DNA from: Takakia lepidozioides
Lineage: Eukaryota; Plantae; Bryophyta
NCBI GenBank assembly: GCA_030704615.1
Contig: CM060731.1
Coordinates: forward strand, 10,602,001 to 10,666,000
DNA length: 64,000 bases
Reading direction: 5' to 3'
Shown piece after piece: positions 33,819-46,458 of this stretch. A program made the position numbers and the translations under genes. The first letter of the stretch is position 1. Each line of letters begins with the position of its first letter. A model generated the notes under the pieces. The model was not told where the DNA came from, ran no database searches, and saw only the letters and a list, made by a program, of their open reading frames with translations.

Positions 33819-36237
33819 TAGGGCTACTTTTAGGTCTTCATGTTTTCCTGTCACCATATGCTCCTGCATTGTCGTTAGTCAACACTGCACATGAATTATT
33901 TTGTAAAGACTGGTTCAGCTGATCTGGGGTTCAATTCTGGCCATGTAGGGTTGTCCAGGTGGCCACCTATGGTTGGAAACGTGGCGTATTATGATTAGTA
34001 GTTATCTTGAGAATTGCGAGTTTGAACTGGCACGTCGGATTTAGGGTTTGCAGATGGCGACAGGTGGACAGGGAGTGCGAGGAGGAGCTCGCTCGTTGTG
34101 TTGTCTGTGTGTGTGTGTGTGTGTGGTTTTGCGTGGTGTGGTGGAGATACCTGCCCTCATCACCATTTGGTCATCACCGCCTCCATCGCTGCCTTCGAGA
34201 CACTTCTATAGCCTCCATTTGACCAGGTGTTCCTTGCTTGCAGAAACTGGTAGTTTGGGGGAATCTGCAGAAACTGGGGTTTGATTCTTTGTGTGTTTGT
34301 TGCTCTCATGGCCTTTTCGGTGAGGTTGTCCTGTGGTCTATCGACTGTGTCCCGGTGCATAGCGTATTGAGCCGGACATTGGAGCGTGGATCGGGTTTGA
34401 TGAACAGTGGGAGGATGGGTCAGCGTATCCGGGGGGCAATTTGGGAAGTTGTGGTGGCTACGCCGCTATGAATTGCTTAGCAGGGAAGTGGAGCGGCTAG
34501 AGAGATCTTTGGGGCGATGAACTACGTTGTTTCTGATCAGAAGGGGCGGACTTGGAGGGGCAAGTGTTGATAAGTGTGAGAGGTGAGTTGAAGCCATTTT
34601 GGGTCTTCGCGAGTACGGAGGTGTCGTTGATCAACAGGGGCAGAAACAGCAGGAATTGCTTGAGAGTGGGAGAGTATGAGAGGTTGAGAACAAAGTAGAT
34701 GGGCAAGCAGGAAGGCGAGTCACGCTGGTGGGCAAAGTCATCATCCTCAACGGTGAGTACTACCGTACCAGGAATCTCATTGTGTAATACACGTTGGGGC
34801 ACCAGTATTAGACCTCATTAGCGCAGGCCTATTAGTGCTGGATCTGAGATGCCCCTAGGGGTTGTTTGTGGCCTTAGGGTTCATCTGTATGTCTCCATCC
34901 TGAGTCTGTACATCATGGAAGGGTTTCTGCTTGCACTTAAACTGTCCAGAGAAAAACATGGAGGGTAAGGCCAGAAGATGGTAGCCCTCCTATAGTCTAT
35001 ATCTTTCCGCATTTTCCTTGGACGAACTTGTCCCAGTCAAGGTCTTTGCGCACAGTGTGCCCCAGCTACAAGGCCGGACCCACCACAGAGCCTCCTTGCT
35101 GTGCTTCCTCTGGAAATGCTTTAAGAAAGCAAACCATCATTTACCCATAGTCGTCAGCATGTTTCCTTGTGTTGATGTTTTGTGATTGCTATCTGTGTAT
35201 ATAATTGGTTATTAACTGTGTGTCTGTTGACTGCAGGTGTTGTTGGATCCTGCGGCCTTTGTTGAGACCTGGAAACGACAGATACAGGTTATTAAGTTGT
35301 CTTTCATCCTTCATCCCACCATGTTGTTAGTAGATATCTTACTGGTGTAAGTACACACAAGTGGAAATAGCGTGATTAGTAGTAGTTGGTGCAGCGTTTT
35401 GGAAGTTAACTGCTCTTGGTGGTTGGACAGTGGTGTGCGACATTAGACAATAGAGTGTAGAACTGTCAAGTCAGATTGCTTACACAGAGAGGTGAGAGGC
35501 AGGTAATGGATGCCAGTTTTTTGTGAGTGCAGGGTAAGGACGGTATCCCAGCCCAGCAGCAACGCCTTACATTTGCATGCCGGACATCCAGCCAAGAAGA
35601 GGAAGGGCGGTTGCTTAGCTGCCACGGCAACACTTACGGTGGGAGTCAAGAGGGCCGTGGATCAGGAGATCTCATCAAAGACCTTCAGACATGGCAGGCA
35701 ATTTTGCGCTGTAACGAAACTATTGTTGCCAAGCTGCTGCATCCTGTGGTTGGTTCCTGATTTTCCTGACTGAAGCCTTTTATCACATCTTCTGTTGTAT
35801 GCTACTACCTTATGTGTGGTCAGACAGAATATAAAACACACTTACATTCAGGGTTGGAGTAGTATTCAGCTGCTGTTACTTGCGTTGCTTGCTTTCTCAA
35901 CCCAGTACGGTTCCCAGTAGAGTTGGACTTGGAGAGAAATTTATATACACAGGTTTTCCACATTCCGCCTGTGAATGGTTGTATCTGTAGTCATTGTCAA
36001 TCTAGGAGCTTCCCCTGAATGAGAATCTAGTCTATGTTTTGGACTGCGTTGCAATCAGCAGTATTGTTGAGCTGTGTAGGTGTTGGGAGAGAATGAGCAG
36101 TTAGCATCGCGCCTATATTGTCGAACTGCACGCGAGCTCCGTGAGATTGGAAGTATGTCTCCTTGTGCTCCATCCAAACTGCTAGTGTCTCTGTATCAAT
36201 TTCCCTTGGTCAATTTGCCTCTCTTCCAGGTGCAATT

Positions 36238-39200
36238 ATGGGGCATGGGCCTGTGTTGTCATGTGCAGTTCCATGTGACGTCTTCTACTTATCATTTGAC
36301 AAGTGGGTACCGGCTGCGTGGCAGTTGGGGGCCCCTCCGGAACTCACCAGCAAATGCAGCAAGAATCCTGTCCAACTATCGCTTGAGGTAGCAAATGATG
36401 TGGAAATGTAGTGCTAAAGCTTACCAATTGCTTCCGAAACCTCAGCATTGTGTCTGACACAACAGTTTGGTTACAAGTAAAAGGCACGTACTATTCTATA
36501 CCACCTCATATTAGTTCTATGTTGCATGCAGGTTGATAAATCATTCCAGTACAGCAACTACCGAATTGATTTGTTTGGGCGTCTGGAAGGGAGTAGGCTA
36601 CCGGAGTTTGTTTATCGAATGAATGGTGGAGAAGTTCATACTCAACTGTCTATGCTGCAACAGACAGTAAGGACCTTGTTTTGTAGTCTTAACCTACAGT
36701 CTAGGCTTGTTTAACCTACAAGCCGGCTTGTTTTCTAGGCTTGCTTTTGCAGACCAGTCTTAGTAAGAGCCGGTGAGAAGGGGAAAGAGGGAAGGTTGTC
36801 TGCTAGAAATAGTCCGATACTATAGAAACCCTCTATTTAGTTCAATGTTCTATGAATAACAGGGAGGAGCAAACTTGGTAGCTGAATGGTAGCTGTGCCT
36901 GCAGAATTTGGATATCATGCACTTCTTTTAAGGACTTTTGGGTTTCCAAGCTAGGCTTGTTCAGAAGTCAAAAGTTCCAATTGAACGTGTTTTCTCAGTA
37001 TTGGTCAATCATGTTTATTTGGATATTTAAAGAGACACATACTACCAATGTTGATTTGATGCAGCGTGTTTCATTGACACTGCAGATGTACTCACCGTCA
37101 CCTGCTTCTAATGGTTAACTTATGTGTCAGTGGAACCTTGGGCTGTATAATTAATTAAGTTTTCATCGGATCGTTTGGATTCAGCAGTTTCCTGGAGCAC
37201 GCCAAAGTCCAACTTTCACTAGAGGATGTCTTCTTGAAGTTTGTTGTTCAGTGTAGACTCTTGGGAAGTGGCAATCTATATGCTGGTATTTAAAACAAGA
37301 AGAATTTTGCTTCATCACATTCTTTGCAAACGCTTGTGCGTGTCTCACTATTAGCACTCAAGAAACATGGGGGCTTCTGGACACAGGCGCAGTATAGGCA
37401 GGGCCATCAATTGCGCCACCGTCTGGCACTGAGAAGTCATACTTTGGGGAAGGGAGTGGTGGGTAGAGATGCCCATTTTTGCGCAGACATTGACGGACCA
37501 GTGAATAGTCTTTGCTTGACCCACGACCACAGCGACCACTTTATCCCCTGCGGCAAGGTTCTTGTTCGCTCTCCCTCTGGTCTTTCATCCACTCACAGTA
37601 TGATGTGTTCGAGGTTTATATTCTGTGCTCATGTGATGAGCCTCTGGTAGGTGTCTCTGCATAGTCGTAGGTTTATTAATGTGACTCGAAACTTACCTGT
37701 GATGCGGTTGTATTTATGTGAGCACATCAGAGGCTTTGGATGAACTATTTGATAGTTTTTGAATGGCACACGAGGATTTCTGAGGATTGAAGATGTTCTC
37801 TTAGTCAAGTGATGACTTTTGGTCTTGTAGAACATGCAGATAGGGTTAACCGTTTTTCCTTCCTCTCCAGGATTTGGAATTCACTGCTGTTGTTTCCAAA
37901 GATACTTCCCATCTCAAGTAAGTGACCCACATCTTTGAATAGAGGTGGAGAGACTGTCGATGCTAGCTCTTGATCGCGATCTATTGTCTTCTGTAACAGT
38001 ATTTACTGCTGGCAAGTTTGTCGTTTCGATGGTACTTATGAAAAGGGTAGACACTGCTGTTAGGACCCTGTTCCACTGAGAAGGTACATGCACCCGACAT
38101 GTACGTGAATGTTATGTGATTGGTTTGTCAAGTACAGTCTACCACAATAGATGTGTGTATTACTGGTTGTACACCTGACTTCTTTGTATGCAAATCAGTC
38201 GATTTTAGTCAGAATCCTGTTGCTAAATTCGCCAGTTTTATTCTTGGATCCAGAACTGGAATTGACAACAGTGAGGGGACTATTGGGTCTGTACATTCCA
38301 TCAGAAAATGTTAATGTCTTCTTGGCCTAAAGAATAGCGGTTGTAGTCGGTTTTGTTGGAAGCCAAGCATCTTCATAGTTTCTAAGATTCAAGCATGTGC
38401 AATGGCTAATTTTTGGAAGTGTAGGTGCCTTGTGCTTACGGTCATCACTGTCCCTGTGGACACTCAAAGGCGACTTGAACAGCTTGTTTCACCAGGACCT
38501 CCCTTCCAGCAATTTCGTGACGGGAGAGCAGAAGCACCGAATGCAACCACGAAGGAAGCGGAAGTGTTTTGTCTCTCTACCTCCCCTCTGACTGCGAACT
38601 ATTCCACCAATAAGGCTGGCTACAGCAATCAGAGGACACCGTTGGACAGGTCCAACATTCGGAGATCTCTTTGTGATCATATTTCTCTTCTGCAATCTGT
38701 GGAACAGACAGTAGACAATCCATTGCTTCAGTTCAAAGAGCGATGCCATGGTCGTCCCACTTCCACGGAGCCAGGAACGTCTTCTTCCTGTGGAGACTCA
38801 CGTGCAGGTGGGTCCTGATCCATGCAAGAGTGTTTATAGAGTTTTGTTTGTTGCGCTCACCATGAAGTTCCAACCATATACCAGGGAGTATGAATTAACT
38901 GCATATCTATGCATGGTTCATCAAAACATGTCAGGGGCCTGACAGTATATAATTGTCCCAGCATTCTGAGAGTTCAGATAAAATTTCTTGCATTGTGGCT
39001 TTTACAGAAAACAAGTGAATGCTTCCTTAGCCATAGTCAAACGCATCTCTGGTTCTTGGCTTTCAGTAGCCAACTTGTTAAACTGTGCACCACCACCGCC
39101 ATGGTCTCCTATTTGAACAGTAATTGAGAAAGCAGTTTGTACTCTATCCCAGATATAAGGATGCGTCTGTTGAAAAGCTCTTGAACATGTTTGGTGCAAC

Positions 39201-42200
39201 TGTCTTCGCTAGTATTTATCTCATTTCGACGAAGTTATCTGCCAATTCGGATTTGGTGCAGAATAGCTAGGTGCGTGTCGCCTTGCACTTTCATGGCATC
39301 GGGAACATTTCAAGTCACAGCTCTAATTGTGTTCTGTATGAAGCACACTGCCACCATGAACACATGCATTGCCAGTGTGTTAGCTCTCCTTATCTGTGGT
39401 TATCTGTGCTTATGATGTGTAAATTCATCATGACAGAAGCGAAGCCTATGACCGAGCAATGTGAAGTGGATTCTCTGCTCCTTTTCACCAAAGACTCGGT
39501 AAAGCAATCCAAGAAGAAAAAAAAGAAGAAGAAGAAAGGAAAGAGGAGCTCTGCCAGAGCTGTGCAATACAGTGCTGAAACATTTACGAAACTTGATATT
39601 GCCAGACCATCGGATCAAGCAGCGGCTCTGGAGGTACAGTGCTCAAGTCCTCTGCCAGTGCCAGTTGAGGATGGAGAAGTTGGCATGAGTGATTTTTATC
39701 CTTCTCCATGTGAAACATGTACAAATGTATGTTTGGAAGATGGCCTCCATACGTGCCAAACTGGGAAGGATTCAGCTGTAACTGAGAAAGCTTGGAGGAG
39801 AGAAAAAAACGGAGAGGTTAGTGACACGAATGTTGGGGAGGGTTCTCATACCGATCTCAATAGCAGAGAAAGGCCACATAGTGGGCCTTCATCAGCCAAA
39901 AATCCCAGTGGCTCAGGTGGGCAACAGCGTTACACAAGGGACAGCAGACAGACTTGGAAACGAAGGAGCCCTGACAGTAGGATTGACTTGCAAGGGCCTC
40001 TAGCAGAAGTTGGAGGGGGATGCAGTTGGCAAGGAAATCAGTCCAAGTTTGGAGCTACAGAAGATGCAGGTGATCTTGGAGGGAGTTTTGACAGTGCAAC
40101 ACAAAGGGCCCGTCTTACGGTGGGCAGTGCATTTAATGGTTGCAGTGGCATGCTTGAGGCGAAGATAGGAGGAAACTATGTCGTAACGAATGGGTTGGAG
40201 CAGGCAGCTGCCTACTGTAAAAACACCGGAAGGTTTGCTCCCCTGGAATTTCTGATGACCATTGATCAAGCTGAGGGAAGGTCTGGTTCCTCCTTTATGG
40301 GAGTCCATGAGGTTGACACGTGGCAGCCAAAACCCCTAACTGAATTGGCTCTTTCCAGCAAGGGTGAATGTAAGTCGATGAATTCGTCTGGCGGAGTGTC
40401 CAAGGCTCCCCCGTGTATGGAATTACAACGGAGTAGTGAGACTGCGCGGGATACAAGAAACAGTGCACAGGGTGTTGGCAGTGCGGGAGGTAGAAATGGT
40501 TGTGCAGGTTCCCCTGATATCAATGGGAACATGGGATATGGGAAGGGCTATGATGATCAAAGGAGGACCTCTGGTGGTGGATACCCTGGGAGAAACGCCC
40601 AAGGCTCTGGTAGCAGGGCAACTCCTGGAAATGGGCCTGAGGGGGAAGTTATGAGTAGAGGGTTGGGAGGGGCTGGAAAGGATTCGGATTTTGGTCTGGT
40701 AGGTGCCACTGGTAGGGGAGGAGGGGGTGGTAACAATGCTTGGGGAGGTGGGGATGGGCACCGCAGAGAGCATGAAACAGACAATGGGAATCACCCTCTA
40801 CAGAGGAGAAAACCCAGTGGTAGTGCCTTGGAGCACAGGGGGCGAAGAGTAGTTGTAGGTGAAACTCTTTTGCATGGAAGTGGTGGAAGCAGCTTTGGCA
40901 CTGCGGTACAAACCTTGGGGAGCGCTGCTGGTGGCAAAGAGAATATACATACCTTCTGGCAAAAGAAGCATAAAGATGAGCCACCTGTTTGTGATACAGG
41001 CCGGCAACGCAGTGGCAACTCTGGTGAAGGAGATATGGATGGGGAGTTGTACTCCCAAGCACCATGCCACAATGAGACAAATGAGGGCAACAATTCTGCA
41101 GGACCCCTCCGTTCCCAGTCTGCTGCGTCAGTTGCTGACAGCAATGGGAATTCAGTGCTAGAGGGTCCTTTCAGCTCACAGATCAAAGTGGCGAACTTTG
41201 ATCGAAGTTCCAAGGAAGTTGATCAGCATTCCAACCAAATCTCTAGCAGACAAACTTCAGTGGCGAATGCTACTGGCTTTAAGGCTGAACAGAATCATGG
41301 GAGTTGTGCTGAAGTGATATGTACCTCTATGGCCTCAAACCCCTCTGATAATGTTGCTACTTTTCAGTATCAACGGAAGGACTCAGCGGCCCCTCTCAGT
41401 GTCTCAGATGAGCACCAAGGCCTCAACATGGGTCCTTTGACTGTACATTTTCCCCCAAGTCCCATTATTGCCAAGGAGACTCAGGCTCTGGATGTTGTTG
41501 TGTCTGCCAGCAGATCCCCTTCAACGCCACACGGCTACAAAGAAGAGTCTCATGTCCCGGAGTTGGGACAGTTATCCACCTCCCTTCAGCCCATGGACCA
41601 TCCACTAGGGGATGTGGTTGTCTCCATAAGGGCAGGTGCCACTGAAGTGGTCCCAAGCTTGGAGGAGGTTTCACAGAGGTTGAAAGGGTGCAAGCGAGCA
41701 ATTGGAGACCAAGAGAGGAGATGGGGTGGAGAGAGAGGCGGGGGAGAGAAGGAGCATCTACCATTACACACTTCTCTTCGCAAATGGGTACGGAGACCAT
41801 CAGCTGAGGGCCAAGTCCCTGCAGTGAGCAGTGGATGCAATTACAGCAAGGAAAGAGAAGAATTGGCTTGTCCCCTAGATCAAGTTGATTGTGGAGCATG
41901 CATCATCAATGGGCAGATTAAGACCCAGGCTATTTGTCCACACAGAGAGGGGGTTAGTAGTAGAGAGGGGGAGATTGTCCCAGATGACATAAGCAAAGGT
42001 TTGTGTTCTGAGGTGAAGTACGAAATCATGTCACCAAAATCTCTTCGCCTTTTGCAAACCTGTCCTGTGACTGCCAAAGATAACAATCTTCCGTACAAAG
42101 AGTCTCCAGAACCTACACCAGGAGTGTTGGAGACACTTTTGCTAGTGCCTGCTGATGAATTGGACACACCTAAGCTGAGGTATGAATCAGGCAATGGAGG

Positions 42201-45200
42201 AGGTATTAATAGTGTGCATGAGGTGAATGCCAGAATGGAAATTATGCTGCAGGGCTGTATTGAAAAAGGTGCAGGAGGTTTAGCAACAGTTGGACTTGGA
42301 CGTAGTCGGACTTCCAATGACAAAAAGTCAGAGATAGGTCCATCATGGAGACAAACAAACTTGAGGCCCGAGACTCTGTTGATTGATGAAGAGACACAGA
42401 GCCGGGCACTTTTGTTGATGGCTGCAATCCAGGCTTCGAGAGATGGAAGGGAAGCTTCTGCACAGGTTGCATGTGCTATTGGCACCCCGCTGGCTGAACT
42501 TGAGAGAGTGTTGTATGCAGTAGCTCCGACAGTTGGACCATCTCCCAATGCCCACCAGGAGGGGGGGAAATTTCTCAGACAGCACAGCACTTGTGATTGC
42601 GCCACAAGCAAAGGTTGGAAAGATGATGGATCACAAGGAGTTTGTTGCTGTCAGCTGGCAGATGTATCGTTGAGTGCCATCTGGCAGTGGTACGAGGAAC
42701 CTAGCAACTGCGGGGTTGAAGTAAGGGCGCCTGATTTTCAAAGGAACGGTGTTGTAGGGAGCTCGTTCCTTGCTTATTTTGTGCCATATCTATCTGGGAT
42801 ACAGCTATTTGGGTGTATGGGGCCAGTTACTTGTCATTGTGACAGAGTTTGGCAGCATTTGGATGTTCAAGCTTCGTGTGATCTAGGTCAAGGGGATGTT
42901 ATAGGTAGCAAGATGCTTACGACCCTCTTGCCACCGGACTCTTTTGCTGGAAGTGCTAGGGAAGGTGTGTCACACATGAGCAGTGACAAATCTGGGAAGA
43001 GTAGTCACCACTCCAGCCCTCATCTTCTTTACGAGTTTTTCGAGCACGATCAGCCTCCACACCGGCGGCCATTGCTACAGAAGTAAGGATCAAGTAATAT
43101 ATGTTTTTAAGTGTCAGGAAAGTGTTCTGATATGAGGTCTCAAATTTTTGTTTCTTGCATTGTAGTGTAGTATAATTGAAGAGTGTTTTTATTCTTGGTT
43201 ATTGGGATTTCTGTTGCACTACCCTCCTCACAAGCTAAAACCTCTCTCTCTCTCTCCTCTCTTTTTTTGGATCTGAATCCTTGGATAGATATGTGCATAC
43301 AATTTATGTATAGTCAAAGTGCTCTCTTAAAATTTTTTGAAGGCAGGAGGCAACCTCATTCAAAGGTTTTTCCAAGTATTTGAGCGTCCCGCCATGGTGA
43401 TGTGCCACACTGTCGGTCTGCTTCTCATGTCCTTGTGATCCCCTTCCTGGCTCCACAGTCATAAGGGTGCAGCAGACCGAAGCGTGATTAATTAATTTCT
43501 CTTGCCCCTCTGTCTTGTCTGGCATTGATATGTATGGTTATTTGTCTTCTCAGATGAACTTATGAAGGGTCTGGTGATGAGGCTGAATGAAGTCAAACTC
43601 AATGACTACCTTTCGAATCTGCCATGGTTTCTTGACTGATAGGTTTATTGCCTTCACAAACAGGATAGGAGAGTTACTTAAAGGCGAATCCAAACCCAGT
43701 GGTCTGAGCTCTGGTGATCCAGCTGTGCTTAGTAGAGTCCGACTTCGTGACCTACATCCTGCCTCCTGGTGCGTACTCGCTGCACTTTTGTGTATCTTCT
43801 CCTTCGCAAGGAAATTCACACTAAATAAGATGCAACAAACATCCTTGCATCACTGTGTCCAGACAGGGACGATAAAGGTGGTGGGGAGGATGAGAAGTTG
43901 AGTTGTCTGTGAAGTAAAATTTACAGAGCTACGTACAATGTGATGCCTACATATGAACGTCAATCCATTTTGTTAAGGTTGTCATTGTATGTTGCTCTTC
44001 ATTTTCTCATCTTCAACTGTCTCTTCTGAGATGTTTTAGATCTTGCCTGTTCTGTATTTTGTAAGTCTTATTAACAATTGGCCTGTGCATGTGCACAGGT
44101 TTGCAGTCGCCTGGTATCCCATTTACAGGATACCAGATGGCCCATTACGGTCCGTCTTTTTGACGTACCATTCCTTGCACCATTGTGTGTCCAGCAGCAG
44201 TTTGTCTCATGGGCTTGGCTGTTCTGACGATTCTTCTGATGGCTACCTATCCTTTCCAGTAGTTGGTCTGGAATGCTACAATACACAGGTTGTCTTTCCC
44301 CCTCTCTCGACATTTTGCAGTGTTAGCATCAGCAACAACCCTGCAATTAAGTTATGGTCAACTTGATAGTAAGCAAATACTCCGCGGAAGGGCCCAGTAG
44401 GGTTAGCCCCTGGCAGAATGATGGCTCCAAGTGTACACAATGAGGACAGGGACTTGAGCATGTTCTAGTTTTTGAACTCCTTACATCAAATAGGAAAGTC
44501 AACAATCTTGAGAGGGTAGCTTCCGTCATTATCATTTTCTTAGTGAAATTGGGTGGGGGTATGTTGTCTCATATGTTTGAGTGAGTGGAGTTCCCATGGC
44601 ATGGTTTTTATGCTTTGCATGGAGTACGAAATGCCGAGTTGAAAGGCTTCTGATGACTCATTTGTCATCAGTTTGAGCGTTGGTTATCGATGGGCATACC
44701 TAAGGAGGCAGCAGTTAGCACACGTGGGGAGACAGATAGGCCGGGAATCAACCCGGACCAGATTTGGAAGGAACGACTGCACTCTCTACAGGTCTGTTCT
44801 TCATCTTTGTGTTTTTGTTGTAGGCGATTGTTTGTTGTGTTGTTATATTGAGCTGTCACATTGATGTCTAAAACATCTGATGTGAATGGTACACAATTTC
44901 TTCTCTCTTGCAGTGGCTGCCCCTTGCCAACCCCCAAAATCCTCTTCCACTTTTCTCCAAGCTCAGCAGAGGTTCCCGTAAAGAATAATATTGGGAAATA
45001 CTGTAAAGCAGCAACAGGTTGCCCTCTGAATCATGAAAAGTGGTTTTTGTGGCCACTTTCTACTGCAGAAGGTTGTCCAGGAATGAAGCAACAACTAATA
45101 GCTGATTTTTGGGGATGCAGGCAGTGGCGGAGGCAATGGCACGAGGGATGGCCAGCAATGCTGGTAGATCAAAGCTTGCTGATTATGAGTTTTTTGTCAG

Positions 45201-45213
45201 TCGTCGACGGTAA
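36238..45213 (+). CDS. DUF789-family protein, long form (~1577 aa); exons 36238-36387, 37871-37917, 38425-38807, 39437-43082, 43664-43768, 44099-44288, 44672-44791, 45121-45213
   Basis: DUF789 motifs SLSAIWQWYEEP, AYFVPYLSGIQLF, LYEFFEHDQPPHRRPL, DLHPASWFAVAWYPIYRIPDG, FLTYHSL, PVVGL, DYEFF. All GT-AG junctions are phase-consistent. The first three exons are less certain. Confidence 0.85.
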
Positions 45214-46458
45214 GACAAATGTACAAATGGAGGTAGAGAGTTAAGGAAAAATTCTTTTACCTCAAATTCGTTTTGGGGGCTGTATATTTTCTCGTCTCAA
45301 GGGCGATGGCCAGTGGCTGGATGTTTTGTGGCACCACTGGGTGGTCCACAAGAGATGGTTGTCATCAGACTTACCGACTGTGGACTTCATTCCAGGGTAA
45401 CTTGGTTTTTGTAAAGTAGATGTGTAGGCATCCCTTGAAGGCTCATCTCACAGAACATTGTTTTTTATTTTTTCTATGCTGTTTCCATTCTGTCTAAGCA
45501 ATCATTGAGACGCTCAAAAGTTGCTCTTTTATTGTCTTAGCCAGTGTATTATATCTGAAGGCGCTTTCTGGAACTACACTTGGATATCTACAACGTACAG
45601 TAAACTTCAGTGACAAGCTTTGAAATTATTGGCTTGCTCCTTTGTCCTGCCTCTCCCTCCTCTTAAACGTGTTGTTCCTCCTCTCACTCTCGGTTTCAAC
45701 AGTTCTTGCTCATGTTTCTTTCCTCAGCTTTGGCTAGGGTTGCATTGTATTTCCCTCCTTGGCAGGCACATCTGGGTCATAGGGATGGGGAGGAAACTTT
45801 ACCTGGTGTTGAATTGTGGTAAATGTCTAGACTCTCATTGTGCAGTGGATTATTTCTCTAAACAAAGGTGGGATCAAATATTACCCAAAAGTGCTATAAA
45901 GGGGACAAACACCCTACATGTAAGTTTATGAAATCTTTTGCAGCAGGCGAGGTCAAATTCGTTGTGGATCAACGTAGGTGAAAGTGAAAGAAGGATGGTG
46001 AAGCTATCTTCACTACCTTAAGGCACTCAAAGGGATATGTTGATACCCTGAAGTAACTGCCACACTAGCCTTAGGAGATGGTCAATAGAGGCAGCTTAAC
46101 TGATGAAGAAGAACCCTCACGGATGACCCGAACTGCACCCAGTGTAGGCAAGCCAAAGGTCAGGGAAAATGAAACAGATCCCACAATCCTGCCAACATTG
46201 AGACTGCTATATCTCTAACCTCTTTGGCTTACACATGCCTACAGGATGAGAATATCAGTCAATCACGATGTAGGAAGTAATAATCTGAGAGTTTTCTGAA
46301 GGGTGATAGTTCACGTAAGTCAAGCTTACTGCGACACGGCTAGTTGCAAGATCGGGCAACCGGGGGAACAGAAGGCTTGGAACCGAGCAAGTGACTCTCT
46401 ACACCATTGATGGTACAGTAGACGTTGCCGGTGATGCTTGTGCGAATTACGACTTGGC

